The notes below the pieces were generated by a model, which was not told the DNA's origin, searched no databases, and saw nothing but the letters and a program-made list of their open reading frames with translations. The position numbers and the translations under genes were made by a program. Shown here one piece after another: positions 1-9,235 of a stretch of DNA of 29,400 nucleotides; position 1 is the stretch's first letter, and each line of letters opens with the position of its first letter. The DNA is from a virus (lineage: Duplodnaviria; Caudoviricetes), in IMG/VR virus record IMGVR_UViG_3300037010_001239, positions 1-29,400 of that record; one strand, given 5' to 3'.

Positions 1-50
1 ACAATAAATTAAATTGATTTAATATTAATAATAACAGAGGAGAATTAAAA
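1..50 (+). promoter_or_regulatory. Truncated copy of the repeated plus-strand promoter/operator, plus RBS
   Basis: Window starts ACAATAAATTAAATTGATTTAATAT, matching the (TTG)ACAATAAATTAAATTAGTTTAAAAT copy at 26522. GAGGAG RBS precedes TTG at 51. Confidence 0.7.
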
Positions 51-1556
51 TTGAATAATAAACATGAATTAAGACAATATCAAAAAGATGCAATAACAAA
101 CTTATCAGAGTCTTTTAAAAATGGTAACAAGCATGTAATATTACAAGTTGCAACTGGTGGAGGTAAAACAAGTATTGCTAGCTCTATAATTAAAAAAAAT
201 CATGATAAAAATCCAGATTTTAAAGCAATGTTTATATGTGATAGAATAGAATTAATTAATCAAACAAGTAAAAGATTTTTAGACGATGGTATTAATCATG
301 GGGTTATCCAATCAGATCATCCATTGGAAGATCATCGTAAAAAAATACAAGTGTGTTCCATACAATCATTGGCAAGAAGAGAATATGCAAAACCTAATTT
401 AATTTTTATTGATGAAGCTCATACTTTATATACAGAACATAAAAACATAATAGAAAGATGGCCAGATGTTCCTATTGTTGGATTAACTGCAACACCTTAT
501 ACAAAAGGGTTAGGTAATTATTTTAAAAAATTAATAGTTGGAGCTAATACAAGACAATTAATTGATTTAGGGTTTTTAGTTAACCCAAGAGTATTTGCAC
601 CGTCAAAACCTGATTTAGAAAAAATTAAAATTGTAAAAGGTGATTATGATAATACAGAATTAGGTAATGTATCATCAGATCCAAAAATAATTGGAGATAT
701 AATAGAACATTGGTTAAAACTTGCATATAATAAGCCAACTATATGCTTTGCTGTTAATATAGCACATAGTAAAGCAATAAGAGAAGCATTTTGGGAGGCT
801 AATATACATTGTGAGCATTTAGATGCATATACAGACGATATAGAAAGAAAAAACATTATTAAAAAATTTAAGAATGGAGAAATTAAAATATTGACTTCTG
901 TTGATATTTTAAGTAAAGGTTTTGACTATCCAGGTGCAGAAGTTGCTATATTGGCAAGACCAACAAAATCATTAAGTCTTTATATACAGCAAGTGGGTAG
1001 AGTATTAAGAATATCACCAGAAACTGGAAAAAAAGATGCTTTAATATTAGATCATAGTGGTAATACAGAGGTTCATGGTTTCTGTGATGAAGAATTTACT
1101 GTTGAATTAGATACTACAACAAAAGGTAAAGCAAGTCAAACATATAAAAAAGTTAAAGAAGAAATTAATGCAGTATGTCCATCTTGTTTTTTTGTAAGAA
1201 AAACTTTTAAATGTGAAAATTGTGGTTTTGAGCATCAACCTAAAAATACAATTACAAATACTGATGGTTATTTAGTTGAAATTGTAAAAGATGAAAATAA
1301 TAATAAAATAGGTAAATTAAGTGCAAAAGACTTCTTATCAATTGATAAAATAGATTTATACAGTCAATTGTTGCAAATGTGTGAATATAAAAAATGGAAA
1401 GCAGGAAGAGCATATTTTTTATATAAAGATATAGTTGGAGTATTCCCATCTAATGAAGTAAAATCAAAATCTATCAAAAAGAAAGTTACTGAAGAAGTAT
1501 ATAACATGGTTACTCACTTAAATATTAAAAATGCAAGAAGTAAATATAAAAAATAA
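51..1556 (+). CDS. SF2 DEAH-box DNA helicase with C-terminal zinc finger
   Basis: Q motif LRQYQ, Walker A ATGGGKT, DEAH, motif III TAT, motif VI QQVGRVLR, CPSC..CENC. TTG start with RBS. Confidence 0.92.
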   Translation: MNNKHELRQYQKDAITNLSESFKNGNKHVILQVATGGGKTSIASSIIKKNHDKNPDFKAMFICDRIELINQTSKRFLDDGINHGVIQSDHPLEDHRKKIQVCSIQSLARREYAKPNLIFIDEAHTLYTEHKNIIERWPDVPIVGLTATPYTKGLGNYFKKLIVGANTRQLIDLGFLVNPRVFAPSKPDLEKIKIVKGDYDNTELGNVSSDPKIIGDIIEHWLKLAYNKPTICFAVNIAHSKAIREAFWEANIHCEHLDAYTDDIERKNIIKKFKNGEIKILTSVDILSKGFDYPGAEVAILARPTKSLSLYIQQVGRVLRISPETGKKDALILDHSGNTEVHGFCDEEFTVELDTTTKGKASQTYKKVKEEINAVCPSCFFVRKTFKCENCGFEHQPKNTITNTDGYLVEIVKDENNNKIGKLSAKDFLSIDKIDLYSQLLQMCEYKKWKAGRAYFLYKDIVGVFPSNEVKSKSIKKKVTEEVYNMVTHLNIKNARSKYKK

Positions 1557-1568
1557 AATTAAAAAGAC

Positions 1569-1597
1569 TTGATTTATTAATAAAAGTATTATATAAT
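1569..1597 (+). promoter_or_regulatory. Sigma70-type promoter for the cro-like/zinc ribbon/tRNA unit
   Basis: TTGATT-N17-TATAAT, then AAGGA RBS before ATG 1623. Confidence 0.65.
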
Positions 1598-1622
1598 TAA
1601 ACTATATTAAAAAGGAATAAAA

Positions 1623-1811
1623 ATGAGAAAATATATTATCGAGCAACCTGATGCTAATTACATAATTGATAAATTAGGATCTAATAATAAAATAGCTGCT
1701 AAAATTGGAGTATCTGCTGCAGCAATTTCTTATTGGAGAGAAAATGGTATTCCTGAATTAAGATTAATACAATTAAAAGTATTGTTTCCAGAGGAATTAA
1801 AAGGGATATAA
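1623..1811 (+). CDS. Cro-like helix-turn-helix regulator
   Basis: 62 aa, IIDKLGSNNKIAAKIGVSAAAISYWRENGIP is a typical Cro/CI-type HTH pattern. Confidence 0.8.
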   Translation: MRKYIIEQPDANYIIDKLGSNNKIAAKIGVSAAAISYWRENGIPELRLIQLKVLFPEELKGI

Positions 1812-1812
1812 T

Positions 1813-2001
1813 ATGCCAATTTATGTTTATGTATGTAGTAAATGTAAAGAAGAATTAGAGGTTCTTCAATCTATAAAAGATGAACCTCTAAAATTATGCC
1901 ATAAATGTAATATGAATACATTAGATAAAAAGGTAACTAATGCTTCCTTTAGTTTTAAAGGAACGGGTTATTATTGTACAGATTTTAAAAATAAAAAATA
2001 A
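1813..2001 (+). CDS. FmdB-family zinc ribbon protein
   Basis: MPIYVYVCSKC...CHKC...FSFKGTGYYCTDF matches the FmdB family pattern. Confidence 0.85.
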   Translation: MPIYVYVCSKCKEELEVLQSIKDEPLKLCHKCNMNTLDKKVTNASFSFKGTGYYCTDFKNKK

Positions 2002-2002
2002 T

Positions 2003-2077
2003 CAGTATATAGGAAAGTTTGGTTAATCCGCTTTGTTTGGAACGAAGAGATCGTAAGTTCGAATCTTACTATACTGA
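2003..2077 (+). tRNA. tRNA-Pro (anticodon TGG)
   Basis: Acceptor CAGTATA/TATACTG, D-loop with TGG, anticodon stem CTTTG/CGAAG with loop TTTGGAA, T-arm GTAAG-TTCGAAT-CTTAC. Discriminator A is followed by CTA, not CCA. Confidence 0.9.
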
Positions 2078-2083
2078 CTAATA

Positions 2084-2374
2084 TTATTTTTCTAATCTAT
2101 TTAATCTATTTGATAAATCGCTAATCTTAAAATTCATTAATTCTATATCTTTTGCTGCATCAATCTTGCTATAACTTTCTTGTTTTATATCTGACAATTG
2201 TGTTACTAAATTATCTAATTTATTTGTTAATGTTGCGGCCCACCAAATACCACCTGCTGTTTGTATTAGTATTGCAAAAATTAACATAATAGGTATTTCT
2301 TTACCAATATGCCAGTGTTCTCTTTGTACTTTTTTTGGTTCCGATTCAGTTACTATATCAATATGCTCACTCAT
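2084..2374 (-). CDS. Small membrane protein with coiled-coil C-terminus, function unknown
   Basis: Hydrophobic IPIMLIFAILIQTAGGIWWAA then heptad-like tail. ATG 2374 (GTG 2377 alternative). Upstream TTGACT-N17-TATAAT at 2435-2407. Confidence 0.7.
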   Translation of the reverse strand: MSEHIDIVTESEPKKVQREHWHIGKEIPIMLIFAILIQTAGGIWWAATLTNKLDNLVTQLSDIKQESYSKIDAAKDIELMNFKISDLSNRLNRLEK

Positions 2375-2440
2375 CACTAAATACCTATATTATTATTATT
2401 ATTTTAATTATAGTAAAAATATAAATATTAGTCAATATTT

Positions 2441-4147
2441 TTATGCAGATGTTATTGTTTCCCAAGCAGTTGCACCACCAATTCTTAATTTATTTAATGT
2501 TGTATCAAAATACATTGCACCAATCCTATATGCAGGAGCTGTTGCTGTTGTAAATTGTGGTATATCTACTAAATCACCAGTAAATGTCGCACCTTTATTT
2601 GCTTGTAAATGCCCAGCAAATCCACCAGAACCAGCTAAAAAGTTATTTCTTGCATATGGATAAAAACCACAATAAACAAAATTATTATCTTTACTAATTA
2701 ATAAATATTGAGAGAATCCAGCACCTAATACTAATGGTGTTAATATTTCTAATGTCCCAAAATTTTGATCTATTTTACATATATTGATTGATCCAGAGCT
2801 TGTATAGTCTTTAAAGTATAAAAATTTACCAGTATTATCTATTGTTAAACTACTCATACTTGAATAAGTTCCAATATCAGAACCTATTTTTGTAATATTT
2901 CCATTTGTTTTATTTATTGAAAATATTGAAATCCCATTTGTTCCAGCAGCATTACTAACATATAAAAATCTACCAGTTGGTTCTACTATTAGTTCATATG
3001 GAAATGAAAGTGTTGAAGCTGTTGTTTGTATTAATGTTAAAAAACCAGTTGTTTGATTTATTGAATAAACAAGTATATTACTTATATTTAAACCCAAACT
3101 ATTTGTTAAATATAAATAACTACCAGTTGGATCAATAGTCATATAAGATAAGGAAGATCCACCAGGAGTAATATCAGTACCTGACGATGTTAATTCACCT
3201 GTTGTTTGATCTATTGAAAACATAGAAATAGTTGAGTTACTTGTATTTATAGCATATAAAAATCTACCAAATGGATCAATAGTTAATGACTTTGCATATG
3301 AACTTATTAATGTATCTGAACTAATGCTTGTTAAAGAACCAGATGTATTTATTGTATATTTTATTATATGAGAATTTGGATTTAATTGATTTAGTTGATA
3401 TAAAAATCTACCAAATGGATCAGTTACTACCTCAGTTGCAGAAGCACCATTATTATATTTAAAAGTTAATAACCCATTTGTTTTATTAATTGAATATGTT
3501 TTTAAATTTCCACTATAATTCATAAAAACATAATTATTAGTTAATGCAAATGAACCATAACCTGAATATAAAGGTATTCCATTTTGTGTTAATTGTCCAT
3601 CATAAATATTTGTATCTTTTGTTGGAGCTAAAACTGGATATGATGATTGTAAAAAAGTTGAACCTCCACCACCAGATGCACTAATTACACCAGCACCATT
3701 AATAGTTACTGTTGTTCCATCAACTTTAACACCACCTAATACTGTTGTTGATGCTGTTGGTAAAACATAACCACCTTTTGAAAAAAATGACCTATAATCT
3801 ATATACGAAATAACAGATGCTGAACCTGTTATAATAGAATATAAGTTTGTATATCCAACACCTAAAAATCCAGTTGTATTTACATGTAATGTTAATGCTG
3901 TATTATCTAAATAAATATAATTTGTTGCTGATGGAGTTAATGTAATAGTTCCATTAGGAAAATTAGTAACAATTCCTGCTTCATTTATATTTCCACCATA
4001 ATAACCCCATGTTAAAGATGAAGTAGTTGAAGAACGACGACCAAATAATGAAGCAGGTGACGATGCATCAAATAAAGCATTTGCTGTTATTTCTTTTTGT
4101 GCTTGGCTTGAACTTATTAAATCTAAATTTGTTGTGCTATTTGCCAT
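2441..4147 (-). CDS. Tail fibre / receptor-binding protein with lactonase-like beta-propeller
   Basis: Last gene of tail module. DUF2793-like N-terminus (SQAQKEITANALFD), LPTASTTVLGGVKV fibre motif, repeated blades DPFGRFLY (x2), DPTGSYLY, EPTGRFLY, DNTGKFLY. Confidence 0.75.
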   Translation of the reverse strand: MANSTTNLDLISSSQAQKEITANALFDASSPASLFGRRSSTTSSLTWGYYGGNINEAGIVTNFPNGTITLTPSATNYIYLDNTALTLHVNTTGFLGVGYTNLYSIITGSASVISYIDYRSFFSKGGYVLPTASTTVLGGVKVDGTTVTINGAGVISASGGGGSTFLQSSYPVLAPTKDTNIYDGQLTQNGIPLYSGYGSFALTNNYVFMNYSGNLKTYSINKTNGLLTFKYNNGASATEVVTDPFGRFLYQLNQLNPNSHIIKYTINTSGSLTSISSDTLISSYAKSLTIDPFGRFLYAINTSNSTISMFSIDQTTGELTSSGTDITPGGSSLSYMTIDPTGSYLYLTNSLGLNISNILVYSINQTTGFLTLIQTTASTLSFPYELIVEPTGRFLYVSNAAGTNGISIFSINKTNGNITKIGSDIGTYSSMSSLTIDNTGKFLYFKDYTSSGSINICKIDQNFGTLEILTPLVLGAGFSQYLLISKDNNFVYCGFYPYARNNFLAGSGGFAGHLQANKGATFTGDLVDIPQFTTATAPAYRIGAMYFDTTLNKLRIGGATAWETITSA

Positions 4148-4167
4148 TATAATAATCCTTTTTAATT

Positions 4168-4196
4168 ATTATATATTATTTTAATAATTAAATCAA
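4168..4196 (-). promoter_or_regulatory. Sigma70-type promoter for the fibre gene
   Basis: TTGATT-N17-TATAAT on minus strand, AAGGA RBS downstream. Confidence 0.65.
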
Positions 4197-4251
4197 TAAA
4201 TTATTTGAATCTACTATTGCTATATTCTGAGTTGATATATTATATTTTCAT

Positions 4252-7200
4252 TTATATTATTCCATTACCAGCATAACCACGACCTATTATTGAACTTATT
4301 TGATATACATTTAAATGTAAAATTGATTGATTAGAACCAAAATCAGTAACTTGATCTGCTGTTGTATATTCATAAGTTGGAGTTGTTAAACCATTTATTG
4401 TTCTTACAATAGTTGTACCATTCATTATATCTATGGAATATAACTCTGTTGTTTCACCTAATGATACATCAGTGTAGCTATTCCATGATCCATTTATTCT
4501 TGTTCTTCTTGTCCAATTTATAGTAATATTACCAGCTGAATCACGACCACCACCTATTTGAACTGGTGAATATGGTTTTTGTGCTACTCCAGTATTTGTA
4601 AAGTTATAAATAGTTGAGTCATTTAATAACATTCCAAAACTTACTCCTGTATACTCTCTTGGTAAATTATATTCAGAAGATGGGCTATTTTCAATATATG
4701 TTGTTTTGTTTGTTAAAAGAATAAATCTTTCACCAATAGCATGACTTATCATAGCCCATTCTGTACCAAATTTACCTCTTAATAAACCTGTTAATTTATA
4801 TGTATTTGTTGCTATTAATGTTGCATTTTTAAATTGTATTATCTCGCTTCCTATTAAACAAACATTTGAACCATTTAAAACTGAAATTTCAGTAACAGAA
4901 GATAATATGTTATTAGTTTTTACAATTACATCATTAATTTCATCAAAAATATTTCCAGAAGTAAAATTATTTAATACTGTTGTAGTATTTCCTAATGTTG
5001 CTTGATTATTTATTGGAGTGCTAAATTTATTAAATGAACCACCACCATCTATTGATTTATAAATTTGGCAACCATTCCATCCAGGTAGATAACCAGAAGC
5101 TGATATATAAAAACCAACTTGATCATCTTGATCTCTTAAAATAGGTATATCTAATAACTGTAAATTAGTTGGTGTTTTAGTGCTAATTGTTGCATCTGTA
5201 GTAGGTATAGAAGAACCAGTAGAATTTTGTAAATATATAGTAGAGTCTTCTTCTACTGCCGAGTAAGTTATTATATTTCCTTGATAATCTTGATCTACTA
5301 ATCTAATATTATAAGTTATATTATTTTTAGTTACATTTATTATATCAGTAGGATCTAAATATAAATACTTATTAGATAATGTAAATTTAAATGTTGTTCT
5401 TGATTGCCAGTAATTATATAAAGTAATATCTGAAATTGATTTTGCTTTATTAGAAGTTAATGCAATTGGTAACTGTATTGATGAAGTATTTAAAGTTTTA
5501 GCAATTAATCTTCTGCTATATTGAGAACCAGTTTGATAATCAGCATTTAAATCCATATATGCAACTGTTATTTCTTCTGGTAAATCTAATTGTTGCATTC
5601 TATTTATGAATAATTGGTCTGGTAAATTAGAACCATAATTACAAGCTGATAAATCATCTTCTGTTATTGATAATATTGAGTTATTTCCTCTTTTTATAAA
5701 TTTTATTTTATTATCAGACTCAATTGCATCAAAAAAATATGCTGACATTAAACCCTCTATTGCAGCTCTTGCCGTCATTTTATTTGCTAGTAAATATCCG
5801 CTTACTTTTTCATTTGATAGGCTTGTGACATCAATATCAGACGGAGATAATCCAGAATTTAAACAAATTTTAGATACAACTTGATCTAATGATAAATCTG
5901 TATTTGATATATATTGAGTTATAGCTTGAATAAAAATATTTGAATTATAAGGATATGATGGATTGCCATATTCACCATTTGAATAATTACTTGTAAAAAA
6001 CATTCCATTTTTATAAAAAAATCCTTGTGCATTTTGACTTGAAAAAACACACACATTCTGTAATGGATCATTGGTTGTTTTTAATTGATTTACATAAGTA
6101 ATAAAAATAGGTGTTCCATTAGTAAAATCATAAATCATAGGTGTTGTTTTATAATAACTAGAAATAGAAGCTGGATTTGATTTTACATAAAAACCGTATA
6201 ATTTATGATTACTACATGTAATACTTAAAAAAGAATCAGTTGTAGGAGTTGTATATACAGTTGATATAAAATTTAAATCTAAATCATATTTAGTTAAAAT
6301 TCCATTAATATCTAATGTATATATAAAATCATCTAATATATCCATTGATATTATTTGATTTGTTACATTTATTGTTATAGGTGAATAAAATGATTGACCA
6401 GAACATTTTAATGATGTTAATCTATGAGTGTGAGTTGATGTTATTGAATTATAATAATCTGTAGCTATAAATAAATTATTACTATTTTTAACTGAACACT
6501 CATAAAAACCTAGTAAATTACCAATAGTATTATCTAATGGAGGTAATAAATTAGTAATATCAACTATTGACATATCATTAAATATTACATAAAATGAATA
6601 TATAAAACTAGAGGAAGCTCCAAAAGCAATAATAGATCCATCGTTTGTTTTACATTTTTTATAACTATTTAATAAATAAATATTATTACTTGGATCTAAC
6701 CTTATCATTTGTTGATTAGATAACTGATCTGTTCCATTAGGAAAAATATTATATAAAGCAATATGACGTATATTATTAATAAAATCATCTTGAGTTAAAT
6801 AACCCTGTATAAAAACTTGTTGTTTAGTAGTATTTATTGTTCCAAAATCATAACCAATAATACTATAAAATTCAGAAAATAATCCCGAATCATTTGGTAT
6901 ATTTAATGGTAATGGTATATTATAAAATGAATTAGTGTTATATGTATCAGCTCCGTTATTTACAATCTCAAATTCTAAATTAGGTGTTCTATTTCCATAA
7001 TTTGCTAATTGTAAATTATTAAATACTATATATGCTGTTCCTCTATATGCAGATGTTTTATTAACTCCTGCATATGATTGAATTAATGCATCTGGCATTT
7101 GAGATTCAGTACCAAGATAAATAGTTATTCCATTTGCTATTTGAATTGAAGCCAATCCAGTAACAACATCCGTTGTTCCAACATTATATATTAATTTACC

Positions 7201-7593
7201 ATTAGCCCAAATTTTACGAATACCTGTAATTGGACCCTCACAAATAGCAACTGCAAAAGATTGAGAATATGTATATGTTACTGTTTCTTGAATTGGTGCA
7301 CCTTTATTTCCTTGTTCTTGTGTTTGACTATTTGCTTTTTCAATTATAGGTGTAGACCATATAATATTACCAGATAATCTAATCGTAGAATAAACAGTTG
7401 GCAAAGTTGTACCATATGTTGATGTGATTACTTTTAAATCACCTAGTTTTGGCCCATATTGTGTTGGTAATTTTTGAGGATCAACTAATGAGCCGACAGC
7501 AGATCCAATAGCCCATCCCATTTGTGCTCCTGTTGGTCCTCCATATATACCACCAATTACTGCTCCAACTGCTCCTAATACCATTGATGCCAT
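4252..7593 (-). CDS. Tail tip / host-specificity protein (GTA-like tail protein)
   Basis: Gly-rich N-terminus, YGTTLPTVYSTIRLSGNIIW, CEGPITGIRKIWANGK, AYRGTAYIVF, GNRTPNLEFE, LLRGKFGTE, ITINWTRRTR. Follows the NlpC/P60 gene. Confidence 0.85.
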   Translation of the reverse strand: MASMVLGAVGAVIGGIYGGPTGAQMGWAIGSAVGSLVDPQKLPTQYGPKLGDLKVITSTYGTTLPTVYSTIRLSGNIIWSTPIIEKANSQTQEQGNKGAPIQETVTYTYSQSFAVAICEGPITGIRKIWANGKLIYNVGTTDVVTGLASIQIANGITIYLGTESQMPDALIQSYAGVNKTSAYRGTAYIVFNNLQLANYGNRTPNLEFEIVNNGADTYNTNSFYNIPLPLNIPNDSGLFSEFYSIIGYDFGTINTTKQQVFIQGYLTQDDFINNIRHIALYNIFPNGTDQLSNQQMIRLDPSNNIYLLNSYKKCKTNDGSIIAFGASSSFIYSFYVIFNDMSIVDITNLLPPLDNTIGNLLGFYECSVKNSNNLFIATDYYNSITSTHTHRLTSLKCSGQSFYSPITINVTNQIISMDILDDFIYTLDINGILTKYDLDLNFISTVYTTPTTDSFLSITCSNHKLYGFYVKSNPASISSYYKTTPMIYDFTNGTPIFITYVNQLKTTNDPLQNVCVFSSQNAQGFFYKNGMFFTSNYSNGEYGNPSYPYNSNIFIQAITQYISNTDLSLDQVVSKICLNSGLSPSDIDVTSLSNEKVSGYLLANKMTARAAIEGLMSAYFFDAIESDNKIKFIKRGNNSILSITEDDLSACNYGSNLPDQLFINRMQQLDLPEEITVAYMDLNADYQTGSQYSRRLIAKTLNTSSIQLPIALTSNKAKSISDITLYNYWQSRTTFKFTLSNKYLYLDPTDIINVTKNNITYNIRLVDQDYQGNIITYSAVEEDSTIYLQNSTGSSIPTTDATISTKTPTNLQLLDIPILRDQDDQVGFYISASGYLPGWNGCQIYKSIDGGGSFNKFSTPINNQATLGNTTTVLNNFTSGNIFDEINDVIVKTNNILSSVTEISVLNGSNVCLIGSEIIQFKNATLIATNTYKLTGLLRGKFGTEWAMISHAIGERFILLTNKTTYIENSPSSEYNLPREYTGVSFGMLLNDSTIYNFTNTGVAQKPYSPVQIGGGRDSAGNITINWTRRTRINGSWNSYTDVSLGETTELYSIDIMNGTTIVRTINGLTTPTYEYTTADQVTDFGSNQSILHLNVYQISSIIGRGYAGNGII

Positions 7594-7596
7594 TAT

Positions 7597-8019
7597 TTAA
7601 TCCTTTAAATTTTTAAATCTAAAACAAGCAACTAATCTACGCTCCCATATTTTATCAAAGTCATGCTCTACAACTTTATTTACTTGTTGATAAGCATGTA
7701 TGATTTTAATATTAGGTTTAACTTCTGATACAAAAGCGATATGTTGAGGTTCTGATGTAAATTTAAATATCATCATATCTCCTTGTTGTAAATCTTCAAA
7801 ATCAATTTTTATTAATTGATTAATTACTGTTTTTTCAAATAATCCTTGACTAGGTATATTTGAATAACCCTTAATATCATAAACATCTATATTTAAATCT
7901 TTTGCAGTACATATAATTAAACCTGCACAATCAACACCTACTCCTTTTAATCTACCCTGATGATGAAAAGGAGTGTTTATGTATTCTCTTGCTTTATTTA
8001 TTATATCTATATTATTCAT
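7597..8019 (-). CDS. NlpC/P60-family tail peptidase
   Basis: TPFHHQGRLKGVGVDCAGL with catalytic Cys, PQHIA His, IIHAY. Confidence 0.9.
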   Translation of the reverse strand: MNNIDIINKAREYINTPFHHQGRLKGVGVDCAGLIICTAKDLNIDVYDIKGYSNIPSQGLFEKTVINQLIKIDFEDLQQGDMMIFKFTSEPQHIAFVSEVKPNIKIIHAYQQVNKVVEHDFDKIWERRLVACFRFKNLKD

Positions 8020-9233
8020 TATTGTCCACTCATCAATTTATCATTTCCTGGTACTAAATTAAAACCACGAAAATTTATTATATTATTATATCTATTATTA
8101 CAAGTTGAATCAACTTTATCACATCCTGCTTTTATAATATAAGTATCTCCATTTTGTATATTATATGGCATTTGTTGAGCTAAAAAAACATATCCAGGAT
8201 AATAATTTTTTATCTCCATTTCTAATTTATCATTTAATCCAGATGTCCAAGTTATTAATCCACCTTGGAAATATTCACTTATTACTGATAATGTAATTAC
8301 ACCACCACCAATATATGTTCCACCACCTGTATCCCAAGTTGAGCCTGAAAAAGTAGCAACAAAACCATTTGAATAAGAAGTATTTTTATATTCTACTGGT
8401 GAAGTTCCTGGTATTATATCTAAAAATAAAGATGAATCTATTGATACAGAAAAATTATTTAAATCTATATAACCAACATTAGCTGTATGTCCATTTAAAT
8501 AATTCATTGAACCAGATATACCAGAAAATGTAATTTCTGTTCCTGCTGTAAAACCATGACTATTACATTGAATATATGTTGTACTTCCAGCAGCAATATT
8601 TTGTATTGATTTTTGCACTGTTGAAGTAGTTTGAGTTAAAGATCCATCAACCCAAGAATGATTGTTAATTACAGCAGTTACTGAGCCATTAAATGTATAT
8701 GGTGTCATATTTACACCACATTTAGAATCTCCTAAATTAGCAGTGCATGATGGAGTAAATAAACGACCTATAAATTGTTGTAAATACTGTGTCATACCTC
8801 TTAACTCTGCTGTAAATTGAGATCTACCAGTTTTAACTTCACCAATAGTTCCTCTTCTCATTATTAAAGAACCCATTGTTAAATCTTCATAATTAACTAT
8901 AAAGATTTCAATTTTAGCTAAATCCCATAATCCTGCTTTTATGTCTAATTCTGTTAAAAATGGACTATCTATCACATCAACATAAGAAATAGGAATACCA
9001 CCTAAATTTGCTGATACTTCTAAATTATCAACATCTAGTTTTGAAGTTGTTTTTATATTACTAGAATTTTGACCAGTTGATGCATAATAAACTATATCGT
9101 TAATTATTAAATCATGTGAGCAATCAGTAAAACCAAAAATTAGATTATCTAAACGGGTTACTTTCCAACATGTTGCTAATGTTGTGCTGTCTTGCTGTAA
9201 ATGTTCTTTTAATTGACTTGATATTGTTTTCAT
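8019..9233 (-). CDS. Baseplate hub protein (DUF2163 plus BR0599-like C-terminus)
   Basis: TTLATCWKVTRLD..FGFTD, CTANLGDSKC, AGCDK..TC..RYNNIINFRGF. Confidence 0.88.
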   Translation of the reverse strand: MKTISSQLKEHLQQDSTTLATCWKVTRLDNLIFGFTDCSHDLIINDIVYYASTGQNSSNIKTTSKLDVDNLEVSANLGGIPISYVDVIDSPFLTELDIKAGLWDLAKIEIFIVNYEDLTMGSLIMRRGTIGEVKTGRSQFTAELRGMTQYLQQFIGRLFTPSCTANLGDSKCGVNMTPYTFNGSVTAVINNHSWVDGSLTQTTSTVQKSIQNIAAGSTTYIQCNSHGFTAGTEITFSGISGSMNYLNGHTANVGYIDLNNFSVSIDSSLFLDIIPGTSPVEYKNTSYSNGFVATFSGSTWDTGGGTYIGGGVITLSVISEYFQGGLITWTSGLNDKLEMEIKNYYPGYVFLAQQMPYNIQNGDTYIIKAGCDKVDSTCNNRYNNIINFRGFNLVPGNDKLMSGQ

Positions 9234-9235
9234 AT

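Noticed and set aside
2388-2403. Short (TAT)n microsatellite upstream of ORF 2084-2374
   Set aside because: Too short to stand out from background in such AT-rich DNA.
3255-3421. DNA direct repeat TATAAAAATCTACCAAATGGATCA inside the fibre gene
   Set aside because: Explained by two DPFGRFLY propeller blades.
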